Below are positions 37,687-49,516 of a DNA stretch of 64,000 nucleotides, one piece after another. The notes beneath the pieces are model-generated. The model was not told the origin of the DNA. It worked only from the letters and a program-made list of their open reading frames with translations, and did not search any database. The translations under genes were made by a program, and so were the position numbers. The DNA lies in NCBI RefSeq assembly GCF_055900595.2, contig NZ_CM148325.1; one strand, given 5' to 3'. Positions within the stretch are counted from its first letter, which is position 1. The number at the start of each line of letters is the position of its first letter.

Positions 37687-37697
37687 GAGATGTTCAC

Positions 37698-37934
37698 TTA
37701 CGCCTGGTGGCCGTTGATGTAATCAATGGCAGCCTGAACGGTGGTGATTTTCTCAGCTTCTTCGTCCGGAATCTCAGTATCAAACTCTTCTTCCAGAGCC
37801 ATTACCAGCTCAACGGTGTCAAGAGAATCCGCGCCCAGGTCTTCAACGAAAGAAGCATTGTTGGTAACTTCTTCCTGCTTAACGCCCAGCTGTTCGCCGA
37901 TAATTTTCTTAACGCGTTCTTCGATAGTGCTCAT
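37698..37934 (-). CDS. acpP: Acyl carrier protein
   Basis: 78 aa, [51 protein letters not shown]... (phosphopantetheine site DSL). Confidence 0.98.
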
Positions 37935-38144
37935 ACTCTTAAATTTCCTATCAAAACTCGCTTTCGCGATGGTTTTCGTAGTGTATAAAATGTTGAAAAA
38001 TTTGCAACTAAATCCCGGCAGGTCTTACCACGATTTTACGTTATTTTGAGGCCTTACCCCCCAATAACGCAAATCATTTTGCACTAATTATTACTCATAA
38101 CCACGCAGACTGCGCGCAACATGAGCATTTTGTGCAAATCGCGG

Positions 38145-38879
38145 TCAGACCATGTACATCCCGCCGTTCACATGCAAAGTTTCACCCGTGATGTAAGCTG
38201 CTTCGTCGGATGCCAGGAATGCAACCGCGTTGGCGATTTCCTGTGCACCGCCGAGGCGACCCGCAGGAACCTGCGCCAGGATACCCGCACGCTGGTCATC
38301 GCTCAGCGCACGTGTCATGTCCGTTTCAATAAAGCCCGGAGCAACAACGTTTACAGTAATACCGCGTGACGCAACTTCGCGCGCCAGTGATTTACTGAAG
38401 CCGATCAAGCCCGCTTTCGCCGCAGCGTAGTTGGCCTGACCGCCATTTCCCATGGTACCAACCACAGAACCGATAGTGATAATACGACCATGACGCTTTT
38501 TCATCATAGCGCGCATTACCGCTTTTGACAGACGGAAAACAGATGAAAGGTTAGTTTCGATAATATCGTTCCACTCTTCATCTTTCATTCGCATTAACAG
38601 GTTATCACGAGTGATACCGGCATTATTGACCAGGATATCCACTTCACCAAATTCTGCGCGAATTTTTTCCAGAACAGATTCGATAGATGCTGGATCGGTC
38701 ACATTCAACATCAGACCTTTACCGTTAGCACCTAAATAATCGCTGATCGCCTGAGCGCCGTTTTCACTGGTCGCAGTGCCAATAACTTTCGCGCCACGGG
38801 CTGCGAGCGTTTCAGCAATTGCGCGGCCAATTCCGCGGCTTGCACCGGTTACCAGTGCGATTTTTCCTTCAAAATTCAT
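38145..38879 (-). CDS. fabG: 3-oxoacyl-ACP reductase
   Basis: 244 aa SDR, MNFEGKIALVTGASRGIGRAIA... Confidence 0.97.
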   Translation of the reverse strand: MNFEGKIALVTGASRGIGRAIAETLAARGAKVIGTATSENGAQAISDYLGANGKGLMLNVTDPASIESVLEKIRAEFGEVDILVNNAGITRDNLLMRMKDEEWNDIIETNLSSVFRLSKAVMRAMMKKRHGRIITIGSVVGTMGNGGQANYAAAKAGLIGFSKSLAREVASRGITVNVVAPGFIETDMTRALSDDQRAGILAQVPAGRLGGAQEIANAVAFLASDEAAYITGETLHVNGGMYMV

Positions 38880-38891
38880 GATTTTCCTCTT

Positions 38892-39821
38892 TTATAGCTC
38901 GAGCGCCGCTGCCATCGCTGAAGGTTCGTTCAGCGCCGAGGCGGTCAGGGTGTCGACAATGCGTTTCGTCAGGCCAGTAAGCACTTTGCCCGGGCCGACT
39001 TCATAAAGATGTTCTATGCCTTGCGCTGCCATGTATTCAACAGACTTCGTCCACTGAACCGGGTTATACAACTGACGTACCAGTGCGTCACGGATGGCAT
39101 CACCATTGGTTTCGCATTTCACATCAACGTTATTCACAACAGGTACTGTTGGTGCGTTAAAGGTGATTTTTGCTAATTCTACTGCCAGTTTGTCGGCTGC
39201 CGGTTTCATCAGCGCACAGTGAGACGGTACGCTCACTGGCAACGGCAGCGCGCGTTTTGCGCCTGCAGCTTTACAGGCAGCGCCAGCACGCTCAACGGCT
39301 TCTTTATGTCCCGCAATTACCACCTGGCCTGGAGAGTTGAAGTTTACCGGAGAAACCACCTGACCTTCTGCAGCTTCTTCACACGCTTTCGCAATAGACG
39401 CATCATCCAGACCGATGATTGCCGCCATAGCGCCCGTTCCTTCCGGTACGGCTTCTTGCATGAACTTACCGCGCATCTCAACCAGACGCACCGCATCAGC
39501 GAAATCAATCACACCAGCGCAAACCAGCGCAGAGTATTCCCCGAGGCTGTGACCGGCCATCATCGCTGGTGCTTTACCGCCCTGCTGCTGCCATACGCGG
39601 TACAGCGCAACTGATGCAGTCAACAGCGCTGGCTGAGTTTGCCAGGTTTTATTAAGTTCTTCGGCTGGTCCCTGCTGAGTCAGCGCCCACAGGTCATAAC
39701 CCAGCGCCGCAGAAGCTTCAGCAAACGTTTCTTCGACAATGGGATAGCTCGCCGCCATATCAGCCAGCATTCCAACGGTTTGAGAACCCTGTCCAGGGAA
39801 CACAAATGCAAATTGCGTCAT
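38892..39821 (-). CDS. fabD: Malonyl-CoA:ACP transacylase
   Basis: 309 aa, MTQFAFVFPGQGSQTVGM...GHSLGEY (active-site Ser). Confidence 0.97.
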   Translation of the reverse strand: MTQFAFVFPGQGSQTVGMLADMAASYPIVEETFAEASAALGYDLWALTQQGPAEELNKTWQTQPALLTASVALYRVWQQQGGKAPAMMAGHSLGEYSALVCAGVIDFADAVRLVEMRGKFMQEAVPEGTGAMAAIIGLDDASIAKACEEAAEGQVVSPVNFNSPGQVVIAGHKEAVERAGAACKAAGAKRALPLPVSVPSHCALMKPAADKLAVELAKITFNAPTVPVVNNVDVKCETNGDAIRDALVRQLYNPVQWTKSVEYMAAQGIEHLYEVGPGKVLTGLTKRIVDTLTASALNEPSAMAAALEL

Positions 39822-39836
39822 GTTTTAATCCTTATC

Positions 39837-40790
39837 CTAGAAACGAACCAGCGCGGAGCCCCAGGTGAATCCACCGCCAAAGGCTTCAAGCAGAACCAAC
39901 TGCCCCGGCTTAATGCGCCCGTCACGTACAGCTTCATCCAGCGCGCACGGGACAGAGGCCGCAGAGGTATTACCGTGGCGATCCAGCGTCACCACGACAT
40001 TGTCCATCGACATGCCGAGTTTTTTCGCCGTTGCACTGATAATACGCAGGTTAGCCTGATGCGGCACCAGCCAGTCCAGTTGAGAACGGTCAAGATTATT
40101 CGCCGCCAGCGTCTCATCAACGATGTGCGCCAGTTCCGTTACCGCAACCTTGAAGACTTCGTTGCCCGCCATCGTCAGATGAATTGAATTCTCTGGATTC
40201 ACACGGTCAGCATTAGGTAGCGTCAGCAATTCACCATAGCTACCATCAGCGTGCAGATGGGTAGAGATGATTCCCGGCTCTTCAGAGGCAGCCAACACCG
40301 CAGCGCCCGCGCCATCGCCAAAAATAATAATAGTCCCGCGATCTGTTGGATCACAGGTGCGCGCCAGTACATCGGAACCGACGACCAGAGCATACTTCAC
40401 CGCCCCAGATTTCACGTATTGATCGGCTACGCTTAACGCGTAGGTGAAACCTGCGCAGGCTGCTGCAACGTCAAATGCCGGGCAACCTTTAATACCCAAC
40501 ATGCTTTGAATCTGACATGCTGCGCTCGGGAAAGCGTGCGTAGCAGAAGTTGTTGCCACAACGATCAGGCCAATCTGGTCTTTCTCAATGCCCGCCATCT
40601 CAATTGCGCGTGTCGCCGCTTCAAAGCCCATGGTTGAAACGGTTTCGTTTGGCGCGGCAATGTGGCGTTCGCGGATACCGGTACGAGTGACAATCCACTC
40701 GTCAGAGGTGTCCACCATTTTTTCCAAATCGGCGTTTGTCCGCACTTGTTCGGGCAGATAGCTGCCAGTACCAATAATCTTCGTATACAT
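39837..40790 (-). CDS. fabH: 3-oxoacyl-ACP synthase III (KAS III)
   Basis: 317 aa, [33 protein letters not shown]... Confidence 0.97.
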
Positions 40791-40857
40791 GTACGCTCAG
40801 TCACTTTTCGGTTATATACCGTCACTTGCAAACTGCGAGTTCGCTGGCAGCGTCCTG

Positions 40858-41928
40858 CTACCGCAGAGTTCCGCTTTTGCCACCGTCCAGCAGCTCAAAA
40901 CCAGCTGGGTATACAGATTCCAGGCGAGCGGCAATTCGCTGAGGAACTTGTCGCTGCACCGCCTGCACTGCCTGTTCAATCGCGACCGCAAAAGCTCGCT
41001 GATTGGCCGCACCATGACTTTTTATCACCGTGCCGCGCAATCCTAACAGACAGGCGCCGTTATACTGGTCGGGGTTGAGGTGACTGAATCGCCTCGTCAG
41101 GCTCTTTTGTAGCCAACGCTTTAATAACAGTAGCCACCACGACCGTTTTTTCCCTTCACCCTGAGATTTCAGCAGAGAAAGGAACATCCTGACAACACCT
41201 TCCATCGTCTTTAATGTGACATTTCCTGTAAAGCCGTCACAAACCAGCACATCTGTCTTGCCAGTTAACAACTCATTGGCTTCAAGATAGCCGATATAAT
41301 TGATAGAAGGGATTGTTTTAAGCACTGCTGAGGCATCCCGAATACTGTCGAGACCCTTTACTTCTTCTTCACCAATATTGAGCAACGCCACGCGAGGATT
41401 GGGAATTTCCACCACCTCTTCAGCCAGAACTGAGCCCATAATGGCAAATTGCACCAACATTGTACTGTCACAATCGACGTTGGCCCCTAAATCGAGGACC
41501 ACCGTTTTGCCCTTTTGCTGATGCGGTAATACCGTCACCAGCGCCGGACGCTCAATCCCCTCCAGGGGCTTGAGTAATAATTTTGCCAGCCCCATCAGCG
41601 CCCCGGTATTACCAGCACTGACACAGGCTTGCGCTCGACCTTCTTTCACCAGCTCAAGGGCCACGCGCATTGAACTACCACGACTGGCGCGGATAGCTTG
41701 CGAAGGCCGGGCATCACTGGCGATAACTGACTGCGCAGGAATAATCTGCAGACGCGAACGTTGTTCAAAGTCAGCTTTAGCAAGTAATGGCGTGATGGCG
41801 TCGGGATTGCCGACTAAAAGAAGAGTGAGTTGCGAATTAGAATTCAGTGCCTGCAATGCTGCAGGCACTGTCACGGAAGGGCCAAAATCCCCTCCCATGA
41901 CATCTAACGCCAGGGTTAGACGTGTCAA
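40858..41928 (-). CDS. plsX: Phosphate acyltransferase PlsX
   Basis: 356 aa, [25 protein letters not shown]... Confidence 0.95.
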
Positions 41929-42008
41929 GGTATCGTCGCCGCCCGGTTTGGTCTTTCCCCAGTTGCCTGGGGAAAATCCTCACTAAGCTTCATCACGCAG
42001 ACGCGTGA

Positions 42009-42194
<186 letters not shown>

Positions 42195-42233
42195 TCAATT
42201 ACGGTTTATCCCCGATCCAACGGGGAGCACCAA

Positions 42234-42767
<534 letters not shown>

Positions 42768-42795
42768 TTAACTTTGTAACGTCATAGAGTCAAAG

Positions 42796-42950
42796 AAAAA
42801 GGCAGCCTGTGGTTGCCTTTTGCCAATAATTCGCACACATTGCGGGTTACTGCTTTATTTTCGTTCAGTGCTGATAACGAACATCAACCTGCAAAACGAA
42901 GCGCATAGTTTAAAATGGCTATCATCAATACGCTATATCTGTTGGAAAAA
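42796..42950 (-). ncRNA. sraB: Candidate small RNA SraB in the yceD-yceF intergenic region
   Basis: K-12 has sRNA SraB between yceF and yceD, codirectional with yceD (recalled). A terminator-like hairpin with T-tract on the minus strand (42796-42821) lies ~40 nt upstream of the yceD ATG; the 5' end is not determined from sequence. Confidence 0.35.
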
Positions 42951-42953
42951 AAT

Positions 42954-43538
42954 ATGCCTAAACTTATTTTAGCCTCCACCTCGCCCTGGCGTCGCGCTCT
43001 TCTGGAAAAACTGCAAATCTCTTTTGAATGTGCAGCACCCGAGGTCGACGAAACCCCACGCAGTGACGAATCACCGCGACAGTTGGTGCTTCGACTGGCG
43101 CAGGAAAAAGCGCAATCTCTGGCGTCACGTTATCCGGATCATTTAATTATTGGTTCAGACCAGGTATGTGTTCTTGATGGCGAAATCACCGGTAAACCGT
43201 TAACGGAAGAAAATGCCCGTCTGCAATTACGCAAAGCCAGCGGCAATATCGTCACCTTCTATACTGGCCTGGCGTTGTTTAATTCGGCGAATGGGCATCT
43301 GCAAACAGAAGTGGAGCCTTTTGACGTCCATTTCCGTCACCTGAGCGAGGCGGAGATTGATAATTACGTGCGTAAGGAGCATCCCCTGCACTGTGCGGGT
43401 AGCTTTAAGAGTGAAGGATTTGGCATTACGCTGTTTGAGCGTTTAGAAGGGCGTGACCCTAACACGCTGGTTGGTTTACCGCTAATCGCGCTGTGTCAGA
43501 TGTTACGTCGGGAAGGGAAAAATCCGCTGATGGGATAG
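42954..43538 (+). CDS. yceF: Maf-like nucleoside triphosphate pyrophosphatase YceF
   Basis: ORF 42915..43538; ATG at 42954 gives [20 protein letters not shown]... 194 aa (Maf family). Confidence 0.92.
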
Positions 43539-43544
43539 TTTTTT

Positions 43545-43625
43545 ACGCCGGATGCAGGTATGCCGCATCCGGCAATCGGTGCTGGCTGCCTGATGCGGCG
43601 TAAACGCCTTATCAGGCCTACCGCC
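43545..43625. repeat. REP/BIME palindromic units, yceF-rluC intergenic
   Basis: tacgccggatgcaggtatgccgcatccggc and gcctgatgcggcgtaaacgccttatcaggcctac. Confidence 0.65.
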
Positions 43626-43649
43626 CATTATCAGGTTTATATGCTTGTA

Positions 43650-44609
43650 TTAGCGCGCGTTACGCAGTTTCTGCAAACAACGCTTCAACCCCTCATCCAT
43701 CGGTGCTTCGATACGCATCACCTCACCGGTTCCCGGATGGGTAAACTTCAACGCTGCGGCGTGCAGGAACAGACGATTTAATCCCGTGCCTGCTTCAGTG
43801 AGCTGTCTGTCAAATTCACGGTCACCGTAGCGATCGTCAAAGGCAATCGGATGACCCGCATACTGTGTATGCACACGGATCTGATGAGTACGCCCAGTTA
43901 CCGGGCTACAACGCACCAGGGTGGCAAATGCATAGCGTTCTTCCACTTTAAAGCGTGTTTCCGACGGTTTACCTTCCTGACTCACACGCACGATACGTTC
44001 GCCACTTTGCAGAATATTTTTCAGCAACGGCGCTTGTACGCTCTTCACATGCGACTGCCACTGACCGCGCACCAGCGCCAGGTAATCTTTTTGCATCCCT
44101 TTTTCACGTAATTGCTCATGCAGAGAACGCAACGCCGAGCGTTTTTTCGCTACCAGCAACACACCGGAAGTGTCCCGGTCGAGACGATGTACCAGTTCAA
44201 GGAACCGCGCTTCCGGGCGCAACGCCCGTAAACCTTCGATAACGCCGAAGCTTAAACCACTGCCGCCATGTACTGCCGTACCGGAAGGTTTATTCAGCAC
44301 CAGGATATGCTCATCTTCATATAAGATGACGTCCGCCAGCGCCGCCACCTTTTGCAGATGTGGCGAAACCGCCTCCTCTTCACGTTCAGCAACGCGAACC
44401 GGTGGAATACGCACCTCATCACCTGCTTCGAGTTTATATTCAGGCTTAATACGTTTTTTGTTCACCCGCACTTCGCCTTTACGCAAAATACGGTAAATCA
44501 TACTTTTAGGTACGCCTTTCAATTGGGTACGCAAAAAGTTGTCGATACGTTGCCCCGCTTCGTCCGCGGTGATAGCAACAATTTTTACGGATGGAGTCTC
44601 TGTTTTCAT
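43650..44609 (-). CDS. rluC: 23S rRNA pseudouridine(955/2504/2580) synthase RluC
   Basis: 319 aa with S4 domain and RluA-family catalytic motif HRLDRDTSG. Confidence 0.95.
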   Translation of the reverse strand: MKTETPSVKIVAITADEAGQRIDNFLRTQLKGVPKSMIYRILRKGEVRVNKKRIKPEYKLEAGDEVRIPPVRVAEREEEAVSPHLQKVAALADVILYEDEHILVLNKPSGTAVHGGSGLSFGVIEGLRALRPEARFLELVHRLDRDTSGVLLVAKKRSALRSLHEQLREKGMQKDYLALVRGQWQSHVKSVQAPLLKNILQSGERIVRVSQEGKPSETRFKVEERYAFATLVRCSPVTGRTHQIRVHTQYAGHPIAFDDRYGDREFDRQLTEAGTGLNRLFLHAAALKFTHPGTGEVMRIEAPMDEGLKRCLQKLRNAR

Positions 44610-44820
44610 GGTGGGCGATTCTAATTAGCCAACAGGATTCGCGCCACTCATTTTTCTATGCTTATATTTAGTTTTGCACCTTATTACTTCACTACGTCAT
44701 CACTTTATTGATGGTTATTAAACCAATCACCATTAAGAAGTGAAAAAACTGTGAGTAAGCGGGTGATAAATGGTAAAAGTCATCTTGCTATAACAAGGCT
44801 TGCAGTGGAATAATGAGAAC

Positions 44821-45181
44821 GTTTCCGTGTCCATCCTTGTTAAAACAAGAAATTTTACGGAATAACCCATTTTGCCCGACCGATCATCCACGCAGCAATG
44901 GCGTAAGACGTATTGATCTTTCAGGCAGTTAGCGGGCTGCGGGTTGCAGTCCTTACCGGTAGATGGAAATATTTCTGGAGAGTAATACCCAGTCTGTTTC
45001 TTTGATAATTGCGCTGTTTTTCCGCATGAAAAACGGGCAACCGACACTCTGCGCCTCTTTGAGCTGACGATAACCGTGAGGTTGGCGACGCGACTAGACA
45101 CGAGGCCATCGGTTCACACCCGGAAAGGCGTTACTTTGCCCGCAGCTTAGTCGTCAATGTAAGAATAATGAGTAAGTTACG
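44821..45181 (+). promoter_or_regulatory. rne promoter and long 5' UTR (RNase E autoregulation region); boundaries approximate
   Basis: Established: the K-12 rne mRNA has a ~361-nt leader containing hairpins that mediate autoregulation; 5' boundary here is by analogy only. Confidence 0.5.
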
Positions 45182-48100
45182 ATGAAAAGAATGTTAATCA
45201 ACGCAACTCAGCAGGAAGAGTTGCGCGTTGCCCTTGTAGATGGGCAGCGTCTGTATGACCTGGATATCGAAAGTCCAGGGCACGAACAGAAAAAGGCAAA
45301 CATCTACAAAGGTAAAATCACCCGCATTGAACCGAGTCTGGAAGCTGCTTTTGTTGATTACGGCGCTGAACGTCACGGTTTCCTCCCACTTAAAGAAATT
45401 GCCCGCGAATATTTCCCTGCTAACTACAGTGCTCATGGCCGTCCCAACATTAAAGATGTGTTGCGTGAAGGTCAGGAAGTTATTGTTCAGATTGATAAAG
45501 AAGAGCGCGGTAACAAAGGCGCAGCACTGACCACCTTTATCAGCCTGGCAGGTAGCTATCTGGTTCTGATGCCGAACAACCCGCGCGCGGGTGGTATTTC
45601 TCGCCGTATTGAAGGCGACGACCGTACCGAATTAAAAGAAGCACTGGCAAGCCTTGAACTGCCGGAAGGCATGGGGCTTATCGTGCGCACCGCTGGCGTC
45701 GGCAAATCTGCTGAGGCGCTGCAATGGGATTTAAGCTTCCGCCTGAAACACTGGGAAGCTATTAAAAAAGCCGCTGAAAGCCGCCCTGCCCCGTTCCTGA
45801 TCCATCAGGAGAGCAACGTCATCGTTCGCGCATTCCGCGATTACTTACGTCAGGACATCGGCGAAATCCTTATCGATAACCCGAAAGTGCTCGAACTGGC
45901 GCGTCAGCATATCGCTGCATTAGGTCGCCCGGATTTCAGCAGCAAAATCAAGCTGTACACTGGTGAAATTCCGCTGTTCAGCCACTACCAGATCGAGTCG
46001 CAGATCGAGTCCGCCTTCCAGCGTGAAGTCCGTCTGCCGTCTGGTGGTTCTATTGTTATCGACAGCACTGAAGCGTTAACTGCCATTGATATCAACTCCG
46101 CACGCGCAACCCGCGGCGGCGATATCGAAGAAACCGCGTTTAACACCAACCTCGAAGCTGCCGATGAGATTGCTCGTCAGCTGCGCCTGCGTGACCTCGG
46201 CGGCCTGATTGTTATCGACTTCATTGACATGACGCCAGTCCGCCACCAGCGTGCGGTAGAAAACCGTCTGCGTGAAGCGGTGCGTCAGGACCGTGCACGT
46301 ATTCAAATCAGCCATATTTCTCGCTTTGGTCTGCTGGAAATGTCGCGTCAGCGCCTGAGTCCATCGCTGGGTGAGTCCAGCCATCACGTCTGCCCGCGCT
46401 GCTCTGGTACCGGCACCGTGCGTGACAACGAATCCCTGTCGCTCTCTATTCTGCGTCTGATTGAAGAAGAAGCGCTGAAAGAGAACACCCAGGAAGTCCA
46501 TGCCATTGTTCCTGTGCCAATCGCTTCTTACCTGCTGAACGAAAAACGCTCTGCGGTAAATGCCATTGAAACTCGTCAGGACGGCGTGCGCTGTGTGATT
46601 GTGCCAAACGATCAGATGGAAACCCCGCACTACCATGTGCTGCGCGTACGCAAAGGGGAAGAAACCCCAACGTTAAGCTACATGCTGCCGAAACTGCATG
46701 AAGAAGCGATGGCGCTGCCGTCTGAAGAAGAGTTCGCTGAACGTAAGCGTCCGGAACAGCCTGCGCTGGCAACCTTTGCCATGCCGGATGTGCCGCCAGC
46801 GCCAACCCCGGCTGAACCTGCCGCGCCTGTCGTAGCCCCAACGCCTAAAGCAACACCGGCAACACCAGCAGCTTCTGCACAACCGGGGCTGTTGAGTCGC
46901 TTCTTCAGCGCACTGAAAGCGCTTTTCAGCGGTGGTGAAGAAACCAAACCGACCGAGCAACCGGCACCGAAAACTGAAACGAAACCGGAACGTCAACAGG
47001 ACCGCCGTAAGCCACGTCAGAACAACCGTCGTGACCGTAATGAACGCCGCGACACACGTAGCGAACGTAATGAAGGCAGCGATAATCGCGAAGAAAACCG
47101 CCGTAATCGTCGCCAGGCACAGCAGCAGACTGCCGAGACACGTGAAAGCCGTCAGCAGGCTGAGGTAACGGAAAAAGCGCGTACCACCGACGAGCAGCAA
47201 GCGCCGCGTCGTGAACGTAGCCGCCGCCGTAATGATGATAAACGTCAGGCGCAACAAGAAGCGAAAGCGCTGAATGTTGAAGAGCAATCTGTTCAGGAAA
47301 CCGAACAGGAAGAACGTGTACGTCCGGTTCAGCCGCGTCGTAAACAGCGCCAGCTGAATCAGAAGGTGCGTTACGAGCAAAGCGTAGCCGAAGAAACGGT
47401 AGCCGCACCAGTGGTGGAAGAAACTGCCGCTGCCGAAACCATCGTTCAGGAAGTGCCTGCTCCGCGTACAGAACTGGCGAAAGTCCCGCTGCCAGTCGTA
47501 GCGCAAACTGCGCCGGAACAGCAGGAAGAGAACAATGCTGATAACCGTGATAACGGTGGCATGCCGCGTCGCTCTCGCCGCTCGCCTCGTCACCTGCGCG
47601 TAAGTGGTCAGCGTCGTCGTCGCTATCGTGACGAGCGTTACCCGACCCAGTCGCCAATGCCGTTAACCGTAGCGTGCGCGTCTCCGGAACTGGCCTCTGG
47701 CAAAGTCTGGATCCGCTATCCGATTGTACGTCCGCAAGATGTACAGGTTGAAGAGCAGCGCGAACAGGAAGAAGTACAAGTGCAACCGATGGTGACTGAG
47801 GTCCCTGTCGCCGCCGCTGTCGAACCGGTTGTTAGCGCACCGATTGTTGAAGAAGTGGCTGAAGTCGTAGAAGCCCCCGTTCAGGTTACCGAACCGCAAC
47901 CGGAAGTGGTTGAAACGACGCATCCTGAAGTGATTGCCGCCGCGGTAACTGAACAGCCGCAGGTGATTACCGAGTCTGATGTTGCCGTAGCCCAGGAAGT
48001 TGCAGAACACGCAGAACCGGTGGTTGAACCGCAGGAAGAGACGGCTGATATTGAAGAAGTTGCCGAAACTGCTGAGGTTGTGGTTGCTGAGCCTGAAGTT

Positions 48101-48367
48101 GTTGCTCAACCTGCCGCGCCAGTCGTCGCTGAAGTCGCAGCAGAAGTTGAAACGGTAGCTGCGGTTGAACCTGAGGTCACCGTTGAGCATAACCACGCTA
48201 CCGCGCCAATGACGCGTGCTCCGGCTCCGGCATATGTTCCGGAGGCACCGCGTCACAGTGACTGGCAGCGCCCTGCTTTTACCTTCGAAGGTAAAGGTGC
48301 CGCAGGTGGTCATACGGCAACGCATCATGCATCTGCCGCTCCTGCGCGTCCGCAACCTGTTGAGTAA
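45182..48367 (+). CDS. rne: Ribonuclease E
   Basis: 1061 aa; [30 protein letters not shown]... S1 and catalytic domain followed by Arg-rich and acidic/Pro-rich low-complexity scaffold. Confidence 0.97.
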   Translation: MKRMLINATQQEELRVALVDGQRLYDLDIESPGHEQKKANIYKGKITRIEPSLEAAFVDYGAERHGFLPLKEIAREYFPANYSAHGRPNIKDVLREGQEVIVQIDKEERGNKGAALTTFISLAGSYLVLMPNNPRAGGISRRIEGDDRTELKEALASLELPEGMGLIVRTAGVGKSAEALQWDLSFRLKHWEAIKKAAESRPAPFLIHQESNVIVRAFRDYLRQDIGEILIDNPKVLELARQHIAALGRPDFSSKIKLYTGEIPLFSHYQIESQIESAFQREVRLPSGGSIVIDSTEALTAIDINSARATRGGDIEETAFNTNLEAADEIARQLRLRDLGGLIVIDFIDMTPVRHQRAVENRLREAVRQDRARIQISHISRFGLLEMSRQRLSPSLGESSHHVCPRCSGTGTVRDNESLSLSILRLIEEEALKENTQEVHAIVPVPIASYLLNEKRSAVNAIETRQDGVRCVIVPNDQMETPHYHVLRVRKGEETPTLSYMLPKLHEEAMALPSEEEFAERKRPEQPALATFAMPDVPPAPTPAEPAAPVVAPTPKATPATPAASAQPGLLSRFFSALKALFSGGEETKPTEQPAPKTETKPERQQDRRKPRQNNRRDRNERRDTRSERNEGSDNREENRRNRRQAQQQTAETRESRQQAEVTEKARTTDEQQAPRRERSRRRNDDKRQAQQEAKALNVEEQSVQETEQEERVRPVQPRRKQRQLNQKVRYEQSVAEETVAAPVVEETAAAETIVQEVPAPRTELAKVPLPVVAQTAPEQQEENNADNRDNGGMPRRSRRSPRHLRVSGQRRRRYRDERYPTQSPMPLTVACASPELASGKVWIRYPIVRPQDVQVEEQREQEEVQVQPMVTEVPVAAAVEPVVSAPIVEEVAEVVEAPVQVTEPQPEVVETTHPEVIAAAVTEQPQVITESDVAVAQEVAEHAEPVVEPQEETADIEEVAETAEVVVAEPEVVAQPAAPVVAEVAAEVETVAAVEPEVTVEHNHATAPMTRAPAPAYVPEAPRHSDWQRPAFTFEGKGAAGGHTATHHASAAPARPQPVE

Positions 48368-48387
48368 TAATTAGCTCAAGTAATCAA

Positions 48388-48414
48388 GCCCTGGTAACTG
48401 CCAGGGCTTTTTTA
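48388..48414 (+). terminator. rne rho-independent terminator
   Basis: gccctgg-taactg-ccagggc followed by tttttt, 20 nt after the rne stop. Confidence 0.75.
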
Positions 48415-48473
48415 TTTCATCTTTGAATCAACATATTAAATGGCATCCTTGCTAACCAACAATACAAAATAGG

Positions 48474-48510
48474 CAAAAAAATGCCCGCCCCGGCGATCCC
48501 AGAGCGGGCA
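48474..48510 (-). terminator. Probable flgL terminator
   Basis: In flgL sense, gcccgc...gcgggc stem followed by a T-run (plus-strand aaaaaaa 48475-48481). Confidence 0.5.
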
Positions 48511-48551
48511 GACAAAACATACCCAGTTTCATGATATGTTTTAAAGCGAGC

Positions 48552-49505
48552 TTATTTGTTGAGCTGGAACAGCGACAATCCCTGCATATCTGTAAATGCT
48601 TTATACGATGCCTGCAATGCCGTTTGCTGCATGATGTAAGATGAAATAGTTGCATTCCAGTCCACATCAACCAGATCGCTCATCTGCTGCGTTTGCCCTA
48701 AAGCGCGATCGCTACCTAATGAATCCAGCGACTCCAGTTCGTTCAGCTGCGTGCCTAATTCCGCGCGAACGGTCAGCACATTGTTCAGCGAGTTTTTCAG
48801 TCCGCGGTTGGTTTTATCCAGTGCCGCAGCGGCGGTTTCTTTATCCGCTTCGCTTTCCGCGACCGGCGTTTTCAGGGCTGCGATGGCGCTATCCAGCATG
48901 GCAAAAAGATTGGTTTCAGAAGCGCTACCGTCTGGTTCCGCTACCGCGTTGCTGGTAATACTGTCGAAAATTTTGTCACCCGTGTGCCCTATCACCATCG
49001 AACGCGAAGCATCGACCTGTTGTTTAATACTTTCTGCTCCGCCAACATATTCGCCGTCTGCCTCACTAAACGGCGCAGTTTCTGTTTTATAACCGGCAAA
49101 AATGTAGCGCCCGTTACCATCCGTAGTGTTCGCCAGATTCAGCAACTGGTCACGAATACCCTGGATATCGGTTGCCAACGACGCCCGGTCATCATCACTC
49201 AAGGTGCCATTGCTGGCGTAGACAATTTTTTCCTGAGCATTCTGGATAGCAGTGGTGACCTGGCTAAGCACACTCTCTTCCAGTGACACTTTTTGAGTGG
49301 CGAAAGTACGCGCCAGCGTGTACTGGCTGTTTTGCGCCTGTGCCTGGGAGAGAACAACAGCTTGTGATGCAGCAATGGGATCATCTGAAGGGTTAACGAC
49401 TCGCTTACCCGTCGACATCTGTTCGCCGTACTTCATCCATTCGGCCTGAGAATTGGTGATGCCACGCATGTTTTGCTGGTACATCATCTGGGTACTGAAA
49501 CGCAT
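48552..49505 (-). CDS. flgL: Flagellar hook-filament junction protein 3 (HAP3)
   Basis: 317 aa, MRFSTQMMYQQNMRGITNSQAEW... Confidence 0.95.
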   Translation of the reverse strand: MRFSTQMMYQQNMRGITNSQAEWMKYGEQMSTGKRVVNPSDDPIAASQAVVLSQAQAQNSQYTLARTFATQKVSLEESVLSQVTTAIQNAQEKIVYASNGTLSDDDRASLATDIQGIRDQLLNLANTTDGNGRYIFAGYKTETAPFSEADGEYVGGAESIKQQVDASRSMVIGHTGDKIFDSITSNAVAEPDGSASETNLFAMLDSAIAALKTPVAESEADKETAAAALDKTNRGLKNSLNNVLTVRAELGTQLNELESLDSLGSDRALGQTQQMSDLVDVDWNATISSYIMQQTALQASYKAFTDMQGLSLFQLNK

Positions 49506-49516
49506 TTTATCTCCCC

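Noticed and set aside
46673-48355. Three long minus-strand ORFs (306, 243, 230 aa) inside rne
   Set aside because: Antisense to the low-complexity C-terminal half of RNase E; Arg/Cys-rich and repetitive translations typical of reverse-strand artefacts.
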